Positions 1 through 10,778 of a stretch of 64,000 bases of DNA are shown in pieces. The stretch lies in the sequence record NC_042060.1, one strand, 5' to 3'. Under the pieces are notes generated by a model. That model saw only the letters and a program-made list of their open reading frames with translations. It ran no database searches and was not told the DNA's origin. Both the position numbers and the translations under genes were made by a program. Numbering within the stretch: the first letter of the stretch is position 1; every line of letters begins with the position of its first letter.

Positions 1-1
1 C

Positions 2-1267
2 TTAGTACCTGATGCTAACTTTGTAAACATGCGTGGTGTTACGCGTATGTTTGATCCAAAGACAGATGGGCCAGCTAGACTACTCTCAACTAGTGCACTG
101 CTTGGTGTTGCAACCGAACATGATGACCCTAAGCGAATTAACTTTATCTCAATTCAGCAGCAGCAAGGTATTTATGCTGATGGGTATACAGTTACACCAG
201 TTCGTACAGGCTATGAACAAATCATAGCCCAAAGGACTAGTTCTATCTTTGCTGTAGCAGCAGAACAAGATGGTGAAGTTGTAGCTATTGATGAATATGG
301 TATCCAAGTTAAATATGCTGATGGTAATGTATTTGGATATCAATTAGGTACAGTTCATGGCACAGCAGCTGGTGTTAACTACCCACACATTCTTGTTACC
401 TCATTAAAGAAAGGTGATAAGTTTAAACGTGGAGATACTATCACATATAACAAACGTTATTTCTCTGAAGATAGGTATACGCCTGGGCAAGTATTATGGA
501 AAGCCGGTTGTATGGCTGTTGTAGCATTTGATGATAACCTTGACACTTTAGAAGACGGTTCAGTTATTTCTGAAGACCTAGCTAAAAGGTTAAATACTCA
601 AACAACTGCAATCAAGAATATCGATGTTAGGTTTGATCAGACTATTCGAGATATGGTGAAAGTTGGGGATCATGTCGACTTAAATTCAATTCTATGTATA
701 ATTGAAGATCCTGAAACAGCTGCTCACTCACTATATGACGAGGCATCTATTGAGACATTACGCAAACTATCAGCATATTCGCCACGTGCTAAGCTCGTAG
801 GTACAGTATCAAAGATTGAATGCTTCTATCATGGTGAAATAGACGATATGACACCAAGTTTACAAGCATTAGCTAATACGTCAGATAAACAACGCGCTGA
901 ACGAGCTAAATCATTGAAAGAACCTACTTTCACTGGACAAGTAGATGCTAACTATCGAGTGAAAGGACGAGCCTTAGAATATGACCACATGATTATTCGA
1001 GTGTATATCGATCATGATATCCCATGTGGTGTTGGAGATAAAGGCGTAGTAGCTAACCAGATGAAAACGGTATTCTCCCGTGTAATGACTGGACGTAATG
1101 AAACTGAAGATGGCCGTAATATTGATCTACTATTCGGTAATACATCGGTAGAAGAACGAATGGTTCTATCTCCTAAAATCATTGCTACAACAACTGGTAT
1201 CTTGTGGGCAGCTGGAAAACATCTTGTAGCTGTATATAGAGGAAACACTAATGCAAAAGCTAAGTAA
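2..1267 (+). CDS. gp178: Virion RNA polymerase beta-like subunit, 3' part (5' end outside window)
   Basis: The frame is open from base 2. It has beta-subunit-like motifs DNLDTLEDGSVISE (cf. GYNFEDS) and GDKGVVANQMKTVFS (cf. GDK...GNKGVIS). Its position matches phiKZ gp178. Confidence 0.9.
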   Translation, partial: LVPDANFVNMRGVTRMFDPKTDGPARLLSTSALLGVATEHDDPKRINFISIQQQQGIYADGYTVTPVRTGYEQIIAQRTSSIFAVAAEQDGEVVAIDEYGIQVKYADGNVFGYQLGTVHGTAAGVNYPHILVTSLKKGDKFKRGDTITYNKRYFSEDRYTPGQVLWKAGCMAVVAFDDNLDTLEDGSVISEDLAKRLNTQTTAIKNIDVRFDQTIRDMVKVGDHVDLNSILCIIEDPETAAHSLYDEASIETLRKLSAYSPRAKLVGTVSKIECFYHGEIDDMTPSLQALANTSDKQRAERAKSLKEPTFTGQVDANYRVKGRALEYDHMIIRVYIDHDIPCGVGDKGVVANQMKTVFSRVMTGRNETEDGRNIDLLFGNTSVEERMVLSPKIIATTTGILWAAGKHLVAVYRGNTNAKAK

Positions 1268-1448
1268 TAATGTAGCACATGGTCAGAACATTGCTGTTCT
1301 TCATGCTGCTGTTAAACTAGGTACTCAAGCAATTCTACAATCGCTTGGTGGCACCACCAGCTCCCCATCTCTGAATGGGGAGTTTTTAACTGAGGCTGAT
1401 ATTGCAGCAGCTTTAAACGCTCGCTTAATGAAGAACCTCAATATCTAA
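1251..1448 (+). CDS. Small hypothetical protein (65 aa) overlapping the end of the vRNAP gene
   Basis: AGAGGA Shine-Dalgarno upstream of the ATG; it fills the gap between two co-oriented genes. Confidence 0.7.
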   Translation: MQKLSNNVAHGQNIAVLHAAVKLGTQAILQSLGGTTSSPSLNGEFLTEADIAAALNARLMKNLNI

Positions 1449-1459
1449 GGAGTGTTAAA

Positions 1460-3019
1460 ATGTTCTGTAAAGAAACCCAAGCTGCGATTGTTGGCTCAGC
1501 ACGTAGTCTAACTGAGGATAACCTTGTTCTAGTTATCCCTAATGAAACATATCCCCTTGCGGTCTTTGCAGATGGTTTCAGTGTAGATGGCAACTCTAAT
1601 AAAGTTGCCCTCTCTGAAGAGCTGGAAGCATCTGTAGAAGAGTTCTTCGAGGAAGCTAACCAAGAGCAACCTGTTAGTGTAGAAGAAGAGCAAGAAGCTC
1701 TGATTGCACATGTCTGCTCATCATTACAAAAGATCCAATTCAATACGCAGAATGTTATTTGCCCTGCAATTGAATATATGGTACGTGTTTTTAATGAGCG
1801 TCAAAGCATTAGTTGTCAACCAGATGTAAGCGCTACATTCTACCACTATAATGCAGTTCATAGTGATCCACGCTTAACTGCACACGTTAGTACACGATAC
1901 AATAATTTACAGCCGCTACCTGAGTATCGTACCTTTATTCTAGAATCAATTGATGCTAATGAAATTATTCGGTTAGTGTCAATGGGTAATCCGCATCTAG
2001 ATCAAACTGAAGTTGAAGAATGGCTACTATCTATTCCTAATAGTGCCGCTGTTATTGAAGGTGTGTGGAATTCTATCTTCAATGATGGTCGTCTTCTCAT
2101 TCCAGGTGAACTTGAATATGTTGTGGGTAGGTCCTTCCCATTCACTGTTGATTCACTAGCTCTGGCTTACATGATTTGCGGTCACTACATCGATAACCCG
2201 GTTGAAGTTATTGGCGAGAGTGATGTTGACCTAGAAACATGGTCACTAACTATTCGTAAACTACATGAGATGTTTGGATTCTATCTCAAGCGTGCTTATG
2301 AACGTCGTCAAGCTGATCGTGATGCAGGTCTACTCATCCTAGCCTCAGAAGCTAATAATGTAGTTGCTAATTCTCGTTGCAAAGTAATCATTAATGGTGA
2401 TGTTGCACCTCAATTTGAATTAGCCGGTGGTGACATCCAAGCTATCCTTGGTGCAGCTGTAGCAGGTAGTAATAACATTTACCTAGAACAGATTCTTAAT
2501 AACTCAGAACAGTTTATTCAACGTTGGCTATCAGTATATCCGCTGATTAAACAATCGGCTATGGATAAAGGTTTACGTAAACTACGCAATGACATTCATG
2601 AATCATTTATGGATGGTGTCATTAATACTGAACTTAAAGATCGCCATGTTAATGAACTCGAATATCGTATTAAAGAAGCAATGAGTACGATGACGACTGA
2701 AGATCTTAAGAATCCTTATATCACCTTTGGTAAACTTATCTGTAAAACATTCTTTACAGAAAATGTTTACTGGCAATATCTGCTAGCAGTTGATGAATTT
2801 AGTCAAATGTATCCTGAGGCCACTCTACGTGAACTCAATACACAATCACTAATTTCACTAATGGCAGCATGGCTGTCTCAACAGATTAAAGTTGAGCGGT
2901 TCACTGGTGTTGTTGATCCTTATGCAAAACTACCAGTAAAAGAAGTTATTGAAACTGTAGAAGATGATAGCACTGAAACTTTAGATGATGTTGAAATCGA
3001 AGAAGAAGTTTCTAATTAA
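1460..3019 (+). CDS. Hypothetical, probably virion-associated protein with acidic C-terminus (gp177 position)
   Basis: 519-aa ORF with AAGGAG SD; no motif recognised. Confidence 0.75.
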   Translation: MFCKETQAAIVGSARSLTEDNLVLVIPNETYPLAVFADGFSVDGNSNKVALSEELEASVEEFFEEANQEQPVSVEEEQEALIAHVCSSLQKIQFNTQNVICPAIEYMVRVFNERQSISCQPDVSATFYHYNAVHSDPRLTAHVSTRYNNLQPLPEYRTFILESIDANEIIRLVSMGNPHLDQTEVEEWLLSIPNSAAVIEGVWNSIFNDGRLLIPGELEYVVGRSFPFTVDSLALAYMICGHYIDNPVEVIGESDVDLETWSLTIRKLHEMFGFYLKRAYERRQADRDAGLLILASEANNVVANSRCKVIINGDVAPQFELAGGDIQAILGAAVAGSNNIYLEQILNNSEQFIQRWLSVYPLIKQSAMDKGLRKLRNDIHESFMDGVINTELKDRHVNELEYRIKEAMSTMTTEDLKNPYITFGKLICKTFFTENVYWQYLLAVDEFSQMYPEATLRELNTQSLISLMAAWLSQQIKVERFTGVVDPYAKLPVKEVIETVEDDSTETLDDVEIEEEVSN

Positions 3020-3065
3020 ATTATCTTAATGGTTAATAATCATTAAAACATGCAATCGATGATAA

Positions 3066-3093
3066 ACTCCGGTATTTGGAAGGATACCGGAGT
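3066..3093 (+). terminator. Hairpin terminator candidate
   Basis: 10-bp inverted repeat actccggtat/ataccggagt downstream of the 519-aa ORF. Confidence 0.55.
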
Positions 3094-3166
3094 AATACAG
3101 CGAATATTTAAAGGTGCATGATTTTGATTAAGTATTTTAATCTTTACATAAATGAACAATTAGGAC

Positions 3167-3895
3167 ATGATAATGGACGTACGTTCTCTTCGACGGGATC
3201 CAGAACGGGTCCACAGTCATCTAACTGATTTAGAAGATAATTCAGTAGTAACTAATGCCCCATGTAAAATACAGATTCCAGAAAGATTTACAGGAAGACA
3301 TCTAGCTGTTATTGGTAGTGAAGTATTCACTATTGGTATATTTCCTATTATTTTTAATGATGAATATTACGCAGTAAATAATACCATTGCAATGATGCGG
3401 ATAAATCCAATCTCTACTGAACGCGTCCACATCAATGGTGAAGTTTATCTAGAATTTCATTTTGATAAAGGTAGTAAGATTTTCCAGAATACTTACTTAG
3501 TTGTTAATGATACATTAACTTACTATGTCTATGATGAGTTAATTAACAAAGGAAACTTCCCTTGGTATATTAACTATTATGACAAAGCCAAATTATTTGA
3601 GACAGCTAATTTACACGCTGGTGTTAACCTTGGTGGATGGCCTACATTACAACTTATTATTTCAACCACTCAGCGTGCCTCGGATGATATATCACAACTA
3701 TATCGACATGTGTTAACTAGACACAGTGATATCGTGGATAATCCACCAGTCGACGTACCATTCCGTTCAGTTATCTGGAATACTTCAGACACAACATCAA
3801 AACTCAATGGGGCTTATTTTGATCAAGGTATCACATCAGCACTTGTTAACCCATCTGAGTCAGTAGAGCTTATTGAAGAACTCCTCAGGACCTAA
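3167..3895 (+). CDS. Conserved phage protein (gp176 position); possibly vRNAP-associated
   Basis: 242-aa ORF. The vRNAP association is my recollection of recent literature and cannot be derived from the sequence. Confidence 0.6.
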   Translation: MIMDVRSLRRDPERVHSHLTDLEDNSVVTNAPCKIQIPERFTGRHLAVIGSEVFTIGIFPIIFNDEYYAVNNTIAMMRINPISTERVHINGEVYLEFHFDKGSKIFQNTYLVVNDTLTYYVYDELINKGNFPWYINYYDKAKLFETANLHAGVNLGGWPTLQLIISTTQRASDDISQLYRHVLTRHSDIVDNPPVDVPFRSVIWNTSDTTSKLNGAYFDQGITSALVNPSESVELIEELLRT

Positions 3896-3906
3896 GGAGT
3901 TGCGTT

Positions 3907-4719
3907 ATGCAACCATATTCTAATTTTTCTGGTTTGCAACAGCGTACTAATAACCAAGTAGTTATCGGCAGTGATATGTTAGCCGGTACTAATAAAAAAG
4001 GTGTATTAGTACCTGATGCGGATGGTTACTATCTAACTCCACTAGGAGCTTATGGTACCCGAAATTCAGCTGGTATGTTCTATGAAATGGCATCCGGCGT
4101 ATCTATGTTTAATCCAGACTCACCTTTAATGCGCCGTGTTAAAAAGGGTGTTCTATTCATGGAATACAAACACCCTGAACCCTATCGTAAAGATGGCACA
4201 CGGATGAATGAACATGAGTACCTAATGCGAATTCGTCAAATCGATGATGATCGTGTGTGTGCGCATATTAAGGAACTTATTCTGGTTGATTCTACAGATG
4301 AGAAAGGTCTTCCTATTAAACTAGTACTTGGCAAATGCAAACCATACGGTCCTTTTGGTAAGTACTTCGAAGCATCTATTACCAATCCTTCTCAGAATAC
4401 TTATTGCTCGGTAAGGTCAATAACTCAAGATGATCCTATGCGCGGTATCAAATATACCCGTGAGATTTCAACTTGGGATATGGTTGGGGAAGGTGGTATT
4501 TACGGTGCTAATAAATGGAATTCCCCTGCATTAGAGAACTATGAAGATCAATTAATGGTTATCACGCCTGATACTCTATATCAGGTACAGCGTGAACGTG
4601 AACGTCAAATTAACATGGGTTTTGAATGTTCTGATATCACCAATGTGACAGATCTAGCGAAAAGTCTTGGCTGGGATATTTCACCAGTTAAACATAGGCG
4701 CCCTGGCTTCATGCGTTAA
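3907..4719 (+). CDS. gp175: Prohead (head maturation) serine protease
   Basis: 270 aa with EYKHP His motif, Ser at position 168 (YCSVRS) and PALE ending at residue 210. These match the known phiKZ gp175 catalytic serine and autocleavage site. Confidence 0.92.
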   Translation: MQPYSNFSGLQQRTNNQVVIGSDMLAGTNKKGVLVPDADGYYLTPLGAYGTRNSAGMFYEMASGVSMFNPDSPLMRRVKKGVLFMEYKHPEPYRKDGTRMNEHEYLMRIRQIDDDRVCAHIKELILVDSTDEKGLPIKLVLGKCKPYGPFGKYFEASITNPSQNTYCSVRSITQDDPMRGIKYTREISTWDMVGEGGIYGANKWNSPALENYEDQLMVITPDTLYQVQRERERQINMGFECSDITNVTDLAKSLGWDISPVKHRRPGFMR

Positions 4720-4733
4720 AAATAAAAAAAAGA

Positions 4734-4765
4734 CATAATGCCCTCCCGTAATGGGAGGGCTTATG
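4734..4765. terminator. Bidirectional hairpin terminator, gccctccc family
   Basis: cataatGCCCTCCC gtaat GGGAGGGCttatg between convergent genes. Confidence 0.8.
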
Positions 4766-4768
4766 CTG

Positions 4769-5905
<1,137 letters not shown>

Positions 5906-5915
5906 TTAAAAACTA

Positions 5916-6842
5916 CTATTTTTTATAAGCAATAAATTTTCCAATATGCTTGAATCCCTTACAACTAATAGTAACTTTAATCGGATATTTAGCCTTCATT
6001 ACATAAATTAACCTGGACATATTAAACGGCGCATAAAGTATAAAATCATTATCTACCATTTCTTTATGGAATGCATTAATCTTATCTTGGACTAGTTTAA
6101 TATAATCCTCATCATTAATAATACTTTGTTTATCTGAAATAACAATCTTATCTACAGTATCGCCTTCAGCACATAGTCTTTCATATACCTCAGTACGGAT
6201 AAATGTATTAACTGCGATATATGTATTTTCTGTTACTTGTGTAGCTTGTGCACTATAAATATCACTAATACAGTAATTAGGTTTATATGGACCAAATGGA
6301 TCAATAATATCTTTAATAGATACACTCTTTTTTGGTAGAACATGGGGTGTTTCTAAAAATGAAACACTGTCATGTGCATCAATATCTAAATACTTATTGA
6401 CTAGTGGGGCAACGCGGTTGAATGCCTCTTCATAGATAGCATACATGTAGCCACGGTAATCTGGTAAAGACGCATAATAATTACGCTGAACAACAGTCTC
6501 GCAACTACTAACATAATTATAAAAAATATCTGCGTGCCTTAAAACATTATTAAATTCATCTACGCCTAGAATTGAACTAATCCAACTAACATCATTATCG
6601 TGGATAAATATAGCTAAACGAAGGTTTTGCCGTTTTGGATTAGTTTCATCTTGGAATGGATATGTTGTATATAGCTCAGTGATAGCTTGTTTAACTACAT
6701 CAGGTGATTCATTGAAAAATTCTTTTGAGAATTGATCAATTGACATATTTTGTCTTTGCTGATATAGTTCATTAATACGTGCTTCTACTTGCACAAGGAA
6801 GTTAATCTTTTTACTGATTTTAAGGCTATGTTCAGTATGCAT
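5916..6842 (-). CDS. Hypothetical protein (gp173 position)
   Basis: Long ORF; the probable start at 6842 lies just after the upstream gene's stop (track start 6890). Confidence 0.7.
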   Translation of the reverse strand: MHTEHSLKISKKINFLVQVEARINELYQQRQNMSIDQFSKEFFNESPDVVKQAITELYTTYPFQDETNPKRQNLRLAIFIHDNDVSWISSILGVDEFNNVLRHADIFYNYVSSCETVVQRNYYASLPDYRGYMYAIYEEAFNRVAPLVNKYLDIDAHDSVSFLETPHVLPKKSVSIKDIIDPFGPYKPNYCISDIYSAQATQVTENTYIAVNTFIRTEVYERLCAEGDTVDKIVISDKQSIINDEDYIKLVQDKINAFHKEMVDNDFILYAPFNMSRLIYVMKAKYPIKVTISCKGFKHIGKFIAYKK

Positions 6843-6846
6843 TAAG

Positions 6847-7287
6847 TTATCTCTGTTTGATTGATTTAATAACATCACAAACAATTTCAAACCATTCTTT
6901 TTCTTGAATGGTTAGGTTTGCTCCTGATAAAACTAATGGACCAAAACTTTTTGCTTTAAATAAAACGAATGGTCGACTATTAAGATTTAATAATAGGGTA
7001 TCACGAAGGATATTGGTAAGTCCATCTACGTATTGATACTTTAAACCATAGTCTAATTTATAATGGGAATTAACCTCTGGTTGAAGAAAAGCCTTTTCTT
7101 TTTTACCAGTGATGAGATACATCCGAAGACCTTTGAATGAAAAGAAATTCTCATTATCAAGTGTGGTCTTCTTCTCTTTTCCATTAAACTGAAATAGATC
7201 AGGGAGCGGTGTATTACCGCTCTGATCTACAATGATGCTATCTACAGGATAATTATTTTGTACCCATGGGGTTTCTGGATTATTCAT
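6847..7287 (-). CDS. Hypothetical protein (gp172 position)
   Basis: Probable start MNNPETPW at 7287 with GGAG SD, coupled to the upstream stop. Confidence 0.7.
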   Translation of the reverse strand: MNNPETPWVQNNYPVDSIIVDQSGNTPLPDLFQFNGKEKKTTLDNENFFSFKGLRMYLITGKKEKAFLQPEVNSHYKLDYGLKYQYVDGLTNILRDTLLLNLNSRPFVLFKAKSFGPLVLSGANLTIQEKEWFEIVCDVIKSIKQR

Positions 7288-8041
7288 TTGAATTAGGCTC
7301 CACCCAATGAGGATCAGGTACAGGAACAATATGCACACTGTCCTCTAGTTTATCTCGAAGATTAGGATCATCAGTCCATTGTAGAGAAAGAGTGTATCTC
7401 TCCTCTTTAGGCCGTAGTAGTAGGAATCCACGTCTTAATGTATTCCAAGACATATTGGGCGATAGTAAACCACGCCTTTGTGTATTAGCCAATGAGGTAA
7501 GTTTCTTTTTATCCAATCCTACAAGGTTGACTGGATTATTTAAAAACTCTTCCCATAGCTTATCCCACTTCTCCTGGTTAATTCCTTCTTTCCAGAGAAT
7601 ATGCCTATACAGATGGGCCATTGTAGTTGTAGCTGGTTTTTGATTCTTAAAAATTTCACATTCTTCATAGGGGAAATCATTTGCAGAGCAAGTTACCTCA
7701 TCTTCAGTTGGATCGATATTGATCGTATAAACTGAATCAGGTTTTGATGTACCCCAAATCAGACGTACCTCTAATGTTGCTTTAACAGGTGATAAGAAAT
7801 CAATAGCTTTCTTAAAGCCATCCCAACTCATTGTATCAGCTTTAAGTGCTTTATTAAGATTACCTTTATCTGGGTTATTCTTGTTATGTGGTTTTTGAAA
7901 GTATGCATTCAAACGTTTATCCCAAGCAAACTGTGTCATATTACGCCACAGTAGTACTTCCCGGAAAACATAACACAAAACCCCTTCTGCCTGCCTTAAT
8001 CCTTTTTGAGGATCGCTTAATAAGTCTTTTACAGATTCCAT
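7280..8041 (-). CDS. Hypothetical protein with internal two-fold repeat (gp171 position)
   Basis: 253 aa; two copies of a R..L...WDK...P.N...MSW...L.P...W unit. Confidence 0.75.
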   Translation of the reverse strand: MESVKDLLSDPQKGLRQAEGVLCYVFREVLLWRNMTQFAWDKRLNAYFQKPHNKNNPDKGNLNKALKADTMSWDGFKKAIDFLSPVKATLEVRLIWGTSKPDSVYTINIDPTEDEVTCSANDFPYEECEIFKNQKPATTTMAHLYRHILWKEGINQEKWDKLWEEFLNNPVNLVGLDKKKLTSLANTQRRGLLSPNMSWNTLRRGFLLLRPKEERYTLSLQWTDDPNLRDKLEDSVHIVPVPDPHWVEPNSNE

Positions 8042-8111
8042 CTTTTTTACACCTACGGTGAATTGATAATAAACACACTTTATATTAATTTATACTTGTA
8101 TAGTCTGCACC

Positions 8112-8636
8112 TCATAGTAACTTAATAATTGCTCTTGATAGTTCAATAATATCATAGTACATTCTATCCATCTGGCGCTGATATGCTTGATGGTTAATCT
8201 GTTCAAGATATTCAGTTTGTTGCCAAATTAAGTCACGCATAGTTTCAATAGATTTACATACATCAATAAAACTATCATTACTGTTTATAAAATATTCATC
8301 AAGGTCAATTGATTTCCTGTCGATAAACTCAGTACGACACATTTCACTAATCTTTAGATCATCTTCATTTGCAATATGATCATTTAACCTAGTTAGAGCA
8401 TCTAATAAATAACCAATACTGTAATGTCTTAGATAGACAGGAACACCTATCATCTTCCTGATGGTCAGAGTTTTTAATTCATCCAGATTAATTAATTGCC
8501 AGAAATTATTAATAGCTTTTAATCGTTCTTCACCTGAAATAATATCTTTATCTATCCGTTCTAATTCAGTTAGAAGTTGTTCTTTACCAACTTCCTTTTG
8601 GAAGCCCCGGAAATATTGAATAAGTTTCTTAAACAT
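8112..8636 (-). CDS. Hypothetical helical protein (gp170 position)
   Basis: 174-aa ORF with heptad-like helices. Confidence 0.7.
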   Translation of the reverse strand: MFKKLIQYFRGFQKEVGKEQLLTELERIDKDIISGEERLKAINNFWQLINLDELKTLTIRKMIGVPVYLRHYSIGYLLDALTRLNDHIANEDDLKISEMCRTEFIDRKSIDLDEYFINSNDSFIDVCKSIETMRDLIWQQTEYLEQINHQAYQRQMDRMYYDIIELSRAIIKLL

Positions 8637-8715
8637 GATATAGGACCTATTTTTCAGATACTTAGCATATGGTAAGTATGTTAGGTATTACTATTACTAA
8701 TTAGAGGATAATAAA

Positions 8716-9231
8716 ATGTTCCATGGTGCAGATTTATCTGATGAGCCTTTAGAAAAGAAATCATCAACTACAGAAGAAAAGGTATATGCTGATCTAGAAT
8801 ATGAGCAGCAGATACGGTATACACAATCAGTTAAAGAGAAAGTACTAAAAGCTGTATTAGAAAATACAACTGGTAAAGTACCTACTGATAAAGAATCAGT
8901 TGATATGATTCTTAAATTAACAGATTCAATGGATAAGACAACAATTGCTAACCGTCGTATTCAAGTTGATTCTGAGGGTGCACGCTCTAACCGTGAACTT
9001 GCTGAAGGCTTTGCTGAATTCGTTAAGATGCAAATGAACCGTAATCCATTAATACGTGATCCGAATGATGTCCCTGCAACACCACGTGAGATTCCAGATA
9101 TTCCTGATGAGGAATTTGAGAATTACACTATTGAAGAAGGTGAAACTGAAATCGGTATCATCATGGAGGAATCCAATGCATTTATGGAGCGGATGGATGC
9201 TGCACGAGAAAAAGAATTAGAAAACGATTGA
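8716..9231 (+). CDS. Hypothetical protein with helical core and acidic C-terminus (gp169 position)
   Basis: 171-aa ORF with AGAGGA SD. Confidence 0.75.
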   Translation: MFHGADLSDEPLEKKSSTTEEKVYADLEYEQQIRYTQSVKEKVLKAVLENTTGKVPTDKESVDMILKLTDSMDKTTIANRRIQVDSEGARSNRELAEGFAEFVKMQMNRNPLIRDPNDVPATPREIPDIPDEEFENYTIEEGETEIGIIMEESNAFMERMDAAREKELEND

Positions 9232-9240
9232 TATTAACGA

Positions 9241-9273
9241 CATATAGCCCTCCCGTAATGGGAGGGCGTTATG
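9241..9273. terminator. Bidirectional hairpin terminator, gccctccc family
   Basis: GCCCTCCC gtaat GGGAGGGC with cata/ttatg flanks between convergent genes. Confidence 0.8.
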
Positions 9274-9276
9274 CAC

Positions 9277-9975
9277 TTAATACAAATCGATATCTAATAC
9301 ATCACCAACTGTATTTACGATTACTTCAACAGGTGGTAGCTCAATATTACCAATTGATTTCTTAATAACATTCATTTGGTTAATAACTTGATTATGATCA
9401 GATGTTACTTTAAGAGCTAATAGTCCAATAGCAGTTAAACTTACGATTGCAGTTGAGTTATCTGAAATAGTTTCATATGCAGCTTTACCTACTTTCTTAA
9501 TAGTTTTAAATAGAGTAGGTTTATTTTGACGAATTAGTTTTCGTTCTTTTGCTTTAGCTAGCTCATCATCAAATTCTTTATTAAAGCTACGGCGTTTACT
9601 CCAATCATAAACACCTGGTGAAACTTCTTCAAAATTGGAAGAGATTGCACCAAAATCACTAGCATGGCTAAACATCCATTTAAAGATAAAGCGATTAGAA
9701 AGAACCCACGCCTGTAGATTAGTTTCTGCATCGTTGATTAGTTTAATAGCATCGCTTCCAGTAGCCACTTGGCCATTAGCTTTAACAAATAAAATCAGTC
9801 TTACAGTAGTACCATTGATTACTGTGTTATTCACATTTGCAATCCTGGTATAAATTTCTTTAATAATTCGCTTTTGTTTATCTAAATCAGCACCATTTAA
9901 ACGAATATTAAATTGACGGTCTAATACGGCCATTGCAGTTTCCTCTAGGGTTATTGTACCTAAAGTATACTGCAT
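9277..9975 (-). CDS. Hypothetical protein with C-proximal hydrophobic segment (gp168 position)
   Basis: 232 aa; TAIVSLTAIGLLAL segment. Confidence 0.7.
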   Translation of the reverse strand: MQYTLGTITLEETAMAVLDRQFNIRLNGADLDKQKRIIKEIYTRIANVNNTVINGTTVRLILFVKANGQVATGSDAIKLINDAETNLQAWVLSNRFIFKWMFSHASDFGAISSNFEEVSPGVYDWSKRRSFNKEFDDELAKAKERKLIRQNKPTLFKTIKKVGKAAYETISDNSTAIVSLTAIGLLALKVTSDHNQVINQMNVIKKSIGNIELPPVEVIVNTVGDVLDIDLY

Positions 9976-9982
9976 GACCGTA

Positions 9983-10411
9983 TTATTTTAATTTTTTACA
10001 TGCTTTATAAAACCGTGTACCAACGTACAAAATAAACCCGCCAATAACAGCAACTGATGTGATTGTTTCCAGCGGCATGCGCTTAGCGGGTTCTTCAATT
10101 GGTACTGTAACAGCTGGTAATTCAATTCTTTTCTCAATAACTTTTTTACCAGTTAACTTATAATAAACATCTGGTTCTAATGTTATCGATTCAAGAATCT
10201 GATTACTACATGGATAGCGTGTGACGCCTCCATGTCCATCTGCAACATAGAAGCTGAATGTATCGCCTACACGATGTAAGTCAACCACACTACCCATATA
10301 TGTCATATGAGCTGGATAGAGTTCTGCCTTGACCTTTCCATCGTTGAATAAGTCAATGACGGAACTCTTCTTTAGCTCACCCATTAAGTTTGCTAAAGTG
10401 AATGCCGCCAT
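9983..10411 (-). CDS. Hypothetical tail-anchored membrane protein (gp167 position)
   Basis: 142 aa; C-terminal ITSVAVIGGFILYVG followed by a basic tail. Confidence 0.7.
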   Translation of the reverse strand: MAAFTLANLMGELKKSSVIDLFNDGKVKAELYPAHMTYMGSVVDLHRVGDTFSFYVADGHGGVTRYPCSNQILESITLEPDVYYKLTGKKVIEKRIELPAVTVPIEEPAKRMPLETITSVAVIGGFILYVGTRFYKACKKLK

Positions 10412-10429
10412 TAGCGATAACCCTATTAT

Positions 10430-10636
10430 TTAATCGACTTGTTGAGCACTATCATCAATATCGATTTTATCTAGCTCATCAGTTAGAATATCTACTTCAC
10501 TGTCTAGTACCGTATCATCATCAGCTACGGTGTCATCAATAACGGTTGATTTAGAAACGGCCTTATATAGATTAATAGCGGCAACAGCGAGGGCACCAGT
10601 TGAGATAATTGCAGCTGCGATCTTTAGTACTTTCAT
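10430..10636 (-). CDS. Small membrane protein with N-terminal TM and acidic tail (68 aa)
   Basis: KVLK-IAAAIISTGALAVAAINLY, then a D-rich tail; AGGA SD; first gene after an early promoter. Confidence 0.7.
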   Translation of the reverse strand: MKVLKIAAAIISTGALAVAAINLYKAVSKSTVIDDTVADDDTVLDSEVDILTDELDKIDIDDSAQQVD

Positions 10637-10691
10637 TTTCTATTTTTCCTAATCATTAAGTTTTAATAAGTATCCAATATAGATACATGTC

Positions 10692-10726
10692 TGTAATATA
10701 GATCTTAAACTTTTTTTAGTGTAATA
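10692..10726 (-). promoter_or_regulatory. Early (vRNAP) promoter with TATATTAC core
   Basis: The minus strand reads ...aaaaaaagtttaagatcTATATTACa. TATATTAC is the described phiKZ early promoter core. 34 of 35 nt are identical to the element at 62406-62440. Confidence 0.8.
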
Positions 10727-10746
10727 AAAAAATTAATGCGATATAA

Positions 10747-10768
10747 ACCCCCTCCCGAAGGAGAGGGT
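10747..10768 (-). terminator. Hairpin terminator (TTCG loop on minus strand)
   Basis: accccctcc cgaa ggagagggt directly after the 131-aa gene. Confidence 0.65.
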
Positions 10769-10778
10769 AATATGTATA

